From Candidatus Brocadiia bacterium (GTDB taxonomy: Bacteria; Planctomycetota; Brocadiia; SM23-32), in NCBI GenBank assembly GCA_046538485.1, contig JBKHIT010000062.1:1-26988 (forward strand): DNA of 26,988 nucleotides, in the 5' to 3' direction. How positions within the stretch are numbered: the first letter of the stretch is position 1; the number at the start of each line of letters is the position of its first letter. Shown in pieces: positions 16,778 to 25,106 of the stretch. The notes under the pieces are model-generated. The model saw only the letters and a program-made list of their open reading frames with translations. It had not been told where the DNA came from and did no database searches. The translations under genes and the position numbers were made by a program.

Positions 16778-17881
16778 TTACCTTGCCAACTGACAACACT
16801 CACACATCCGGACAAACCGTTGCGCAAGTAGGTCTGCGCCGTACTCGGTCCCCACTTTTTGTTGAGCGGCTGTTCCAAGACTCCTTCGCAACTTCGGATT
16901 ACGAATCAATTTCAGGAGCGCTTCCGCCACCTCATCTGGTTTTCCCGGACTCACCAGAAGTCCGGTTTCACCGTGATCAATTATCTCCTTCAGGCCACCG
17001 ACACGCGTTACCACACAGGATAGCCCGGCCTGCATAGCCTCGCGGACCGCCGCACTCAATCCTTCGGTGACGGAAGTCAGCGCAAACATATCCATCGCCC
17101 CCAGCAAATCTGGGATATCGTCCCGGTAGCCCAGAAAGTGTACCCGGTCTTTCAGGCCCAATCTGGTCACCATATTCTCGAGTTTCGGACGGTCAGCTCC
17201 TTCACCAACAATCACGAAATGGACCTCGGGGACCTCTTTTTCAACGGTTGAAGCGGCCCGAATCAGAGTCGGATAATCCTTGCGCCAGTTCAGGTTTGCC
17301 ACGGTTCCAATAACGCAAGCCGGTTTTGGTATCCCAAGGGCTTTCTCAACCTCTTCTCCTCTTCTTTCTGGAACATCGGTCTCCTCCGCTATGGGAGGCG
17401 GTATAACCCACACGCGCTCTCGCTGGATACCATAGACTTTTTCGAGATCACGGCTAATAGCGCGGCACCCCGCACTGAAGCGGTTCGCATGGCGGACCGC
17501 CCAACGTTCCGCCCGCAGCCATCGGTCCCCTTCCGCTCCCGGACTGCTACCCCACCGCAAACAGATTACTGGAACTCCCGCAACCTTCCCTGAAGCTACT
17601 GCGCAGATGCGACTCATTATACGCATTCCCACAACGGCGTCGGGGGAATTGCTTCTGAGAAACCAGGTTAATCGGGCAAATGCCAACGGCGCCGTCAATT
17701 TGGAACAGTTCAATTCCTTTACCTCAACCCCTTCGGCGCGGAACTTTTCTGCCAGTCCGCCGTGTCCGAACAAAGCCACAACACTCAGTTCAACGTCTCG
17801 TGGCAAATGGCGTGACAGAACCAGAAGTCCCTTCTCCGTGCCCCCAACCTGAAGATCATCGATGATACACACGATCTTCAT
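16778..17881 (-). CDS. GT4 glycosyltransferase
   Basis: MKIVCIIDDLQVGGTE, VANLNWRKDY, IVGEG, EGLSAAVREAMQAG, GETGLLV. Start reassigned from 17980 to ATG 17881 (GGAGG RBS, ATGA overlap with the upstream stop). Confidence 0.9.
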   Translation of the reverse strand: MKIVCIIDDLQVGGTEKGLLVLSRHLPRDVELSVVALFGHGGLAEKFRAEGVEVKELNCSKLTAPLAFARLTWFLRSNSPDAVVGMRIMSRICAVASGKVAGVPVICLRWGSSPGAEGDRWLRAERWAVRHANRFSAGCRAISRDLEKVYGIQRERVWVIPPPIAEETDVPERRGEEVEKALGIPKPACVIGTVANLNWRKDYPTLIRAASTVEKEVPEVHFVIVGEGADRPKLENMVTRLGLKDRVHFLGYRDDIPDLLGAMDMFALTSVTEGLSAAVREAMQAGLSCVVTRVGGLKEIIDHGETGLLVSPGKPDEVAEALLKLIRNPKLRRSLGTAAQQKVGTEYGADLLAQRFVRMCECCQLAR

Positions 17882-18894
17882 TGCCTCCCCCTCCCTGGTT
17901 TTCGGGCGCGAAGCCGACTGTGCAAACCGAATAAACTTCCCCATCCCATCTGTTCGGCCAGCGTTGCTGCGCCAACCCATGCTCGCAGAAGACCCGTCGG
18001 AATAAATTGGAGATACGATTCATGCGGCAGACATACCACTGTGGTTAACTCCCTGATTGCGAGTCCGGATTGTTGGGCCAGGTGGAGAAGGCGGCCGCTG
18101 CTTATGGGGCTGTCGTAGACGTCCGGCTTCGGCGGTGCCCCCCACCCTTTCCCGTGAAATCCTCGGTATAGCCTGCGCGGCAGCGCACAAACCAGCTTCC
18201 AGAAATCCACCATCACGCGCCGGGGTGTCGTCAAAAGCAGAACGCCGCCCGGTTTCAACACACGGGCCATCTCCCGCATGGCACGCCGCTTGTCGTAGAC
18301 GTGTTCGATGACTTCGCTGCAGGTAACGCCGTCGAATGTGGCATCGGGAAACGGCAGGTTCTCCAGATCGGCCACCATCGGGAGGGCAAAACGCGGATTT
18401 TCGTCGCGGGATCGGATGGCAAGCGAACGCAGATGCTGCTCCGAAATATCCGTCCCGACGAAACGGAAGGACCTTTCGGGATATTTTTCTCTAATCTGGT
18501 AGGGCAAAAATCCCGCGCCGGTGCCAGCATCCAAAAAAAGGTTACCCGGAGCGGAGCGGAATTCCCGCAATATCCAGCCCTTGACCCGCTCATAACGGTA
18601 TTTTTCCGCAAATTCCGGTATTCCCGATCGTCGTGCGTGTTCCAAATGGTCGAAATACGGATCTTCGTTCCCGTAACCTTCCTCAAAACACTGCCGACTC
18701 CACTTTTGCCGCCCCCCTCCGTGCGTCTCGGACAAGTTGGATTCCTGGAGCACCAGGATGCCATCGTCCATGAAGGCTTCAACTCCGCATTCGGGGCATG
18801 TTCCTGCCCCATTTTTTTCGTCCGCAACCATCGCCACAAATGTGGCTTGGCAACGCGGACATTCAACCGGTAACTGGAATTCATTTTCTGACAT
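17878..18894 (-). CDS. Class I SAM-dependent methyltransferase (Methyltransf_11-like) with an N-terminal Zn-ribbon/Trm112-like segment
   Basis: CPRC...CPEC...DGILVL; LDAGTGAG; DLENLPFPDATFD; EVIEHV...EMARVLKPGG. Confidence 0.88.
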   Translation of the reverse strand: MSENEFQLPVECPRCQATFVAMVADEKNGAGTCPECGVEAFMDDGILVLQESNLSETHGGGRQKWSRQCFEEGYGNEDPYFDHLEHARRSGIPEFAEKYRYERVKGWILREFRSAPGNLFLDAGTGAGFLPYQIREKYPERSFRFVGTDISEQHLRSLAIRSRDENPRFALPMVADLENLPFPDATFDGVTCSEVIEHVYDKRRAMREMARVLKPGGVLLLTTPRRVMVDFWKLVCALPRRLYRGFHGKGWGAPPKPDVYDSPISSGRLLHLAQQSGLAIRELTTVVCLPHESYLQFIPTGLLRAWVGAATLAEQMGWGSLFGLHSRLRARKPGRGRQ

Positions 18895-20425
18895 AGCTGG
18901 TGAGCCGATCGATTATTAATTTGAGCTCGCGTATTCGTAGCGCCCAGCACGCCAGTATATAGGGAATGGAAACGGCCAGCACGCCGATACAGATTTCGAA
19001 AAACAGTGGGATAGCTCTTTGAGGCAGGAGAAAAATGAAAATCAACCGGTGAAGCACACTGGAGCCCACAGCTGCGAGTCCAAGCCGGCTGTAAGTACCG
19101 ATATCTTTCACTGGAACAAGCTGGCGCCCTCGCCGTTTTAACACCCAGAGTCCCACGATCACACGCACTCCGACAACCCCGGCGTTTGCAACTGCCAGTC
19201 CGATAAGTGACCAGGTGCGAAACAATAGCCCGTTAAGAATAATTGCCGCGACAGCGTGAACAGCTCCAAGCACAAGAATCGTTTTGACATCTTGTGCGCC
19301 ATAAAAAACCTTGGTGAGTACATTCTGAAAAACGAGCAAGAAGGCTCCGCAAGCATAAACCCCGAGCAGCGCCGAAAGAACCAAAGTATCTTCTGAACCG
19401 AACTGGCCACGTTCGAACAAAAACCGCACGATCTCACGACGATGGAGAAAAACTACCAGGACAATGGGAATCAGAACAAAGATTGCCGTACGGATCCCCA
19501 GAGACGCGTTTTTATCCATGGATTCCGGTTTTTCCCTGGCCGCCTGCTGCGTCAATAAAGGATAAAGCGCAATGAGGAAGGGGCCGATAGCCAGACTCAC
19601 CATCATGCCGGATAGAGCGGTCGCGTAACTTACAAGAGCCAGGCCACCCGTAACGGTCGAAGCCAACCGACTCTGCACAATTAAGTTGGTTCTGCCCAAA
19701 AGAACCGCACCCCCAATCGCCATAACCAACCTCCACATCCGCTTTTTGGTGTCTGGAGGAGGCGGGCTAACGCCATGTTCCCGAATCACAAGCGCAAAAA
19801 TGCCCCCCAAAACCAAAAATCGGAGCAAAACACCAACCAACATGCCACTCGCCCAGGACGCAACTCCTATGTCGGAGGCAAAAAGCGCGAGAAACAGTAA
19901 CTGAGTCAGGCCGGGAATAATGGACGCCACACCAAGCACCGCAAAGTGCCTGTATGACTGGATGAAGCCGGTTGCCAGAAGAACAAGACTCATCAAGACA
20001 AACAGTGGGGAAACCAACCGCGCCAGCATCACGGTCAAACCGGCCTGGTGAGAGGTAAGACCGGGGGCCACGAATTCAATACACGAAGCGGGAAACAGAA
20101 AATAAAACACGGAGACAAGAGCCAGGGCAACGACAATGCGTTTTACCGCGTGTAAAGCCAAACCGAGAGCTGCACTCTCTCCATGACTATGCCGCACGGC
20201 CTGAAGGCTCGGCACAAGCGCGAAATACAGAGCGCCGCCCACGAGAAAGTCTCCCAAAATACGAGGGAGCTTCATGGACGCCATGAATGCGTCGATCTCG
20301 CCGCTTTCTACCCCGAACTTCTGTGCAGCCACCGCCCTGACTCCAAGGCTTATACCAGATCGCAAGATTGCGCACACACCAATCCACAACGCCCCGCTGG
20401 TCAGACTCTGGCCGCGTATACGCAT
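18881..20425 (-). CDS. MurJ/MviN-like MOP-superfamily flippase
   Basis: Polytopic hydrophobic protein; FG...IDAF..S.KLP...GAL..ALVP, LFERGQF, KVFYGAQD, GLAVA. Confidence 0.85.
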   Translation of the reverse strand: MRIRGQSLTSGALWIGVCAILRSGISLGVRAVAAQKFGVESGEIDAFMASMKLPRILGDFLVGGALYFALVPSLQAVRHSHGESAALGLALHAVKRIVVALALVSVFYFLFPASCIEFVAPGLTSHQAGLTVMLARLVSPLFVLMSLVLLATGFIQSYRHFAVLGVASIIPGLTQLLFLALFASDIGVASWASGMLVGVLLRFLVLGGIFALVIREHGVSPPPPDTKKRMWRLVMAIGGAVLLGRTNLIVQSRLASTVTGGLALVSYATALSGMMVSLAIGPFLIALYPLLTQQAAREKPESMDKNASLGIRTAIFVLIPIVLVVFLHRREIVRFLFERGQFGSEDTLVLSALLGVYACGAFLLVFQNVLTKVFYGAQDVKTILVLGAVHAVAAIILNGLLFRTWSLIGLAVANAGVVGVRVIVGLWVLKRRGRQLVPVKDIGTYSRLGLAAVGSSVLHRLIFIFLLPQRAIPLFFEICIGVLAVSIPYILACWALRIRELKLIIDRLTSYVRK

Positions 20426-20600
20426 TTTCCTTTTGGGAACCTTACAGAAAAATATCGGGGGAAATTACTGTTTGCGAATCACATTATTAAAATTGCGGAT
20501 CCTGGAATTAATGAGCTCTCTTTGCAGGGAAATCTTATGATAAAAAGCCTCCTGACGCCCATAATAAACGGGCGGCGACCCTCTTCACAATTCCAATTTT

Positions 20601-20735
20601 GTCGCTATGTCAGCCCAACAGCGCGATCGGCGCCGCACTCCGACATTTTGCTCCTTGCGGCAGAAACCGAGAACCACTAACGACTGACGACCTCAACGGC
20701 AAGGGACGAAAGGGACTTAAGGGACGGAAAGGACT
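20601..20735. repeat. Degenerate REP-like copy followed by a 4x 9-bp tandem repeat
   Basis: CGCCGCACTCC (20631-20641) matches the 3' part of the 12298/12663 core; CGCTATGTC (20603-20611) matches 12507-12515; tandem units CAAGGGACG AAAGGGACT TAAGGGACG GAAAGGACT at 20700-20735. Confidence 0.6.
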
Positions 20736-20837
20736 CGTGGAGCGGGAGCCACAAAAAATGTGGGCAGTATGTTGCCACGTCAACTTTGAACCGTCTCCGG
20801 TCGACTTCACTCACTCCAGCGTCGCTGATCCGTTCAC

Positions 20838-22286
20838 TCACTCCAATCCGTGCGTCAGTTCACTCTCAACCGCCCTTTCCTCTGTCTCCTCTTCCGCCGC
20901 CTCATTCTCCCCCTCCCGTCGAGCAAAATGCCCGACCGCCACCAATCCCAGCATAAAAAAGAAGGGCTCTGTGGTGCGGATAGTGTAGAAATTTGACGCC
21001 GTAAAGGCGTGGACCCACAGCGCCACCTGTGCGCCCATAAACCCCAGCGCCAGACCCTGCACCGGCGAATCTTCTTCCCGGCTTTCCTCCAAACAAAGCC
21101 GGAACGCCGATATTTGTATCCAGATGAACGTAAGCAAACCGGCCAGACCGGTCTCCGCAAGCTCACGAAACCAGTGCGAATCGTAATAGCCCATCGGCCG
21201 TGAACCCGGTCCCATACCAAGAATCGGATGGCGGCTAAAGTATTGAAGGGCATTACCCCACGCGTTCCAGCGCGCGCCCATTGAGGAATCAGCCTGCGGT
21301 CCTTCCGTAAATACACTCCAAATCGACGACAGTTGTCTTCCCACCGGTTCGAAAACTCGTGCCGCAAAACCTTTTGAAAGGAAAACCCCCCCCAACAAAA
21401 TCACAGTTCCCAGAAACAGCACGGTAGAAGCCATCCAGCCGAATTGTTTCCAGGAAGCCCGACTCCTATCGAAAAACAGGACCGGCAGGACCGCAAACGG
21501 CAAAGCCACGTATGCCCCACGCGAATAGCTAAAGGTCAAACACAAAATGGAAAACACAAGCAAAGAAATCAAACCTATTTTCAGCCATGGGTGCGACTCA
21601 CGTGTCGCGAGTGCAAAGCTAACGGCTATCACAAGTAAGGTAAAACCACCCAGCGTATTGGCCTCACCTATTCCGAACACAGATGTCACACCCCCGTATT
21701 GCGCCGGGGTTTGCACTGTCATAAATTGATAAATCCCGATAACTGACACCACCAGGCATCCGGCCAAAAATAGATACAGCATCCATCTCGCGGTATCCCA
21801 ATCCCGAAAAATAGATGTAACCATGAAAAAGACAAGAAAATATTCCACCCTCTTGCCGGTGTAGAAAACCGCGCTGGCGAATTCAGTATTTCCCAGTAAA
21901 ACATTTGAGAGCGCGGAAATTATGAGAATGCCGCTCATCACCAGAATCGGCGCGGCGGGGCGGCTCCAGCGCAGAATCGCCCCTTCTTTTCTCCTTGCCA
22001 TCCGCGCCAACCACCCCATCGCCACCAGCACGATGATCAAATCATCGCCCCTGACGGTTACCTCGCGTGATCCCGCCGCCCCCACGATAACTTCCGGGCT
22101 GAAAAGCATCATCAACAGTAAAAGTCCCAGTCCGATACGGGGGAAGAAAAACGTGATACCGGCCAGGTAGAGACCCACCACCCATACAAAAGCCGCTCCG
22201 GCGCTCTGGGTCACCAGAAAAGCACTCCCCGCCACGCATGCCATAATCGCGGCCGTGATCGGTAACGCCAGCCTGGATTCGCGCAT
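20838..22286 (-). CDS. O-antigen ligase/Wzy polymerase family membrane protein, the probable polysaccharide polymerase
   Basis: Many TM segments; N.LGG, TFSYSRGAYVAL, SMGARWNAW...HPILGMGPG, DSHWFRELAETGLAGL (Wzy_C pattern). Likely start ATG 22286 after GAGG. Confidence 0.85.
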   Translation of the reverse strand: MRESRLALPITAAIMACVAGSAFLVTQSAGAAFVWVVGLYLAGITFFFPRIGLGLLLLMMLFSPEVIVGAAGSREVTVRGDDLIIVLVAMGWLARMARRKEGAILRWSRPAAPILVMSGILIISALSNVLLGNTEFASAVFYTGKRVEYFLVFFMVTSIFRDWDTARWMLYLFLAGCLVVSVIGIYQFMTVQTPAQYGGVTSVFGIGEANTLGGFTLLVIAVSFALATRESHPWLKIGLISLLVFSILCLTFSYSRGAYVALPFAVLPVLFFDRSRASWKQFGWMASTVLFLGTVILLGGVFLSKGFAARVFEPVGRQLSSIWSVFTEGPQADSSMGARWNAWGNALQYFSRHPILGMGPGSRPMGYYDSHWFRELAETGLAGLLTFIWIQISAFRLCLEESREEDSPVQGLALGFMGAQVALWVHAFTASNFYTIRTTEPFFFMLGLVAVGHFARREGENEAAEEETEERAVESELTHGLE

Positions 22287-22831
22287 CGGCAACCTCAGAT
22301 GAAGTTATCGAAAAACCCGCTTTGTGCCGGTCTCCCAGCTTTTTCACAGTGTTAATTATATTCGAGCCATCCGCGTTATCGTAGCAGTACCGATGTGTCC
22401 CTGTGCATTACAACCCGGACTTGCGAAGGCATATCCAAACGCTCCAAAGGGATAGATATTCCAACGGGTCGACCGAGTTCTGCCCGAGAATTTGGTCCTC
22501 AGACCGAACCCGCTTTTCTCAAGCCGCGCCGGTGTTGCAGCGGCGCGGAAGCCAAACGCAGGAGTGTTATATTATACTTCAAGTACCGGCAGACAAAGCA
22601 GATGTGGTGCTGGCGCGGAGGCTACAACGATCATACTCGGCACAGATGCGTCCACTGTTACATACCAACTGACTTTGTAGTTAACAGCAGGACGAGAAGA
22701 TTGCCGGGGCGTGTACTTGCGGCCGCTGGGAGGAAGGGGGCCACAAAGTTTATCCATTCTTCGGCGATCAATCCTGATCCTGGCTCCCAACACCAATTCC
22801 GACTATCATAGCCCGGATTTTCATATTAGGC

Positions 22832-24742
22832 CTAATCCGAGCCGTTTCCCGGATACCCATAGCGCTCGCCGTAAGCACGTTTGTAATACGGAGGCAGGTG
22901 GACGTCGGACTCGATCTGGTTCAGCACAATACCAAGAACATCCATGCCTTTACCTTCCATGAGTTTGAGCGCCCGAAGTAGCAAATGGCGCGACACACCA
23001 CCGACCGTGTAGACCATGAGGGCTTTCGGCACAGTTTTCCCGAGAGCAAGTGTATCTACCACAGGGATTACGGGGGGCGTATCCACGTAGACGATATCGT
23101 ATTCCAGCGAAACGTGCTTAATAAGTTCTTCCATGCGGGAAGAGCCAATTAATTCGGCAGGATTAGGCATTTCCGTCCCGGCTGTGAGAACGTGTAACTT
23201 CTCGATATTTGGCAGCGAGAGCAAATCATCCCATTCTTTGAATCCCATCAGAAGATCTACGATTCCGCGTGTGCATTTTTCCGGGGGCGTCTGCCCTAAC
23301 AGAAGATCACTCAGACCGGGTGAACGCGAGACGCCGAGCAGACGATGAATACTGGGGTTTCGCATTTCGGCCTCGAGAAGCAGTACTTTTTTGTCCATTT
23401 GAACAGCCAGCATTGCCAGGTTAGCCGTGATAAGAGTCTTGCCCTCCCGTGGCGCTGCGGAAGTAATCATAAGAACATTCCGGCCGTCATCCTCCTCGAG
23501 GGCGCTAAAGGTCGCTTCTCGCAAACTTCGATAACATTCTACCTCAGGACTCTCCGAAGGTAGATTGCAAACCATACGTTTGCGAAGCATTTCCCCATTT
23601 TTGTCCGAGGAATTTTTCTTCGAAGAAAATGGATTATGGCTTTTCGGTCCGCTGTGCGGAATCAGAGCCAAAACGGGCAAGCCGGTGCGTTCTTCAATAT
23701 CCTCGACGCGCCCGATTGACGTATCGAAAGTCTCAACCAAAAAACACATCATGATTGCCGAAACGATTCCGAGCAATCCCCCTATACCGATGTTCATCCC
23801 CACACTGGGACGAATTTTGCTGGCAGAACCGTCCGGTCCGCCGGCTTTTGCAACGATATCAATCTTCTGAGCCGCACTTTCCCTCTTTGAAGCATGGTCG
23901 ATCTCGGCAGCATGCAATTGCATAGTTAGTTGATTTCGCAGTTCCCTCAGCCTGTCTCTTTCAGCCACCGCCTGCGAATACTGAAGCTGTTTTTCCGGGA
24001 TAGACTGAAGAATTGCCTTCAGTTCCTTGCGCTCCTCAAACAATTTTTGAACTTCCGGATGCTTATCCGTATACTCCTGTCGTTTCCGAGCAAGTTCTTT
24101 ATCCAAAGTGGCAATCCGGGTCCTGTATGTTGCCGCCGTGCCAAGTCGAACGTCCGCCTTTTCCAGCCGTTGAGCCGTCTCTTCAGTCTTTTCCAGCTTG
24201 GTTATTACTCCATTGAGGCTCTTTCGCAGAAGTTGCACCGTCTTGCGTGCTTCATGCGAGCGGCTTTCGATGTATTCTTCCTTGTAGGCCTCTGCCATAG
24301 CATCGGCTACAAGGGCAACGTATGCCCTGTTTGGCCCTTTTGTTATAATTTGGACCAGATCGCTACGTGCCACTTGTTCGGCCGAGACAGCCGCCCGGAT
24401 ATCCCCCGTGCTGATACCTTTGATTTCCTCTCGCAATTCATCCTTATTTTTCAACAGCTGAACCGCTTTACGGTGGATCTCATTCGACTGCTCGATCATC
24501 TGGATCTCGGTTTCCAGCCCACCCTGCATTCCATACCAAACTATGCTCTCCCCTTTCATCGTTGCCATCGGTTCCCGAGCCGATATCCGCAAAACCGCTC
24601 CGGACTTCCAGAGAGGTTCCTGACGCAAAGTGACGGCGATGACACCGATTAAGACTCCGACGAAAGTGGCAATGGCCCATCCCTTGCGGCGGAGAATAAC
24701 CTGCCATTGCTCGGATAGGTCGATATCTATGTCCGCAGGCAT
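22832..24742 (-). CDS. wzc: Wzc-type polysaccharide co-polymerase / BY tyrosine kinase
   Basis: N-terminal Wzz-type TM (IDLSEQWQVILRRK), periplasmic coiled coil, second TM, ECYRSLR, Walker A SAAPREGKT, Walker A' LLEAEMRNP, Walker B YVDTPP, C-terminal Tyr cluster YYKRAYGERYGY. Start ATG 24742 with AGGGAGG RBS. Confidence 0.93.
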   Translation of the reverse strand: MPADIDIDLSEQWQVILRRKGWAIATFVGVLIGVIAVTLRQEPLWKSGAVLRISAREPMATMKGESIVWYGMQGGLETEIQMIEQSNEIHRKAVQLLKNKDELREEIKGISTGDIRAAVSAEQVARSDLVQIITKGPNRAYVALVADAMAEAYKEEYIESRSHEARKTVQLLRKSLNGVITKLEKTEETAQRLEKADVRLGTAATYRTRIATLDKELARKRQEYTDKHPEVQKLFEERKELKAILQSIPEKQLQYSQAVAERDRLRELRNQLTMQLHAAEIDHASKRESAAQKIDIVAKAGGPDGSASKIRPSVGMNIGIGGLLGIVSAIMMCFLVETFDTSIGRVEDIEERTGLPVLALIPHSGPKSHNPFSSKKNSSDKNGEMLRKRMVCNLPSESPEVECYRSLREATFSALEEDDGRNVLMITSAAPREGKTLITANLAMLAVQMDKKVLLLEAEMRNPSIHRLLGVSRSPGLSDLLLGQTPPEKCTRGIVDLLMGFKEWDDLLSLPNIEKLHVLTAGTEMPNPAELIGSSRMEELIKHVSLEYDIVYVDTPPVIPVVDTLALGKTVPKALMVYTVGGVSRHLLLRALKLMEGKGMDVLGIVLNQIESDVHLPPYYKRAYGERYGYPGNGSD

Positions 24743-24909
24743 CTGATTTGACCTCCCTTTTCTCTTTGAATAAACTGCGTGGGCCAGGCCAAAGGCCGAA
24801 ATAAACATCAAAGAGTGCAAAGGACATTAAAATCTATAGCCACAAATCCCTTTACAATCAACCCATCAACCATAAAAAAACCTTGATTCATACAGCCGTA
24901 GTGCTATAA

Positions 24910-24939
24910 ATTATAAGTGTGCGGGGAGCCGAATTGCAA
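24910..24939 (-). promoter_or_regulatory. Putative sigma70 promoter of the wzc-led operon
   Basis: Minus strand reads TTGCAA (24939-24934)-N18-TATAAT (24915-24910), ~170 bp upstream of the wzc start in an AT-rich divergent intergenic region. Confidence 0.5.
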
Positions 24940-25106
24940 CATTTTCGTTCGGTACGTGATTCCCATAGCGGAAGAATATCGGAATAAGAGGACGGCAAAA
25001 CGAATTTCTATCCGGCCTGAATTGTTTCTGACGGGCTGTTGGAACCCGTACAGCAAACACAGCTGCATCAGAAAGATCCATATCAAAAATATAACAAGGG
25101 AAAACC

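Noticed and set aside
22395..22811. 138-aa plus-strand ORF in the wzc-wzy gap, and small ORFs in the 12270-12756, 15337-15798 and 26342-26987 regions
   Set aside because: No family motifs or convincing RBS; many overlap palindromic repeats, which tend to lack stop codons.
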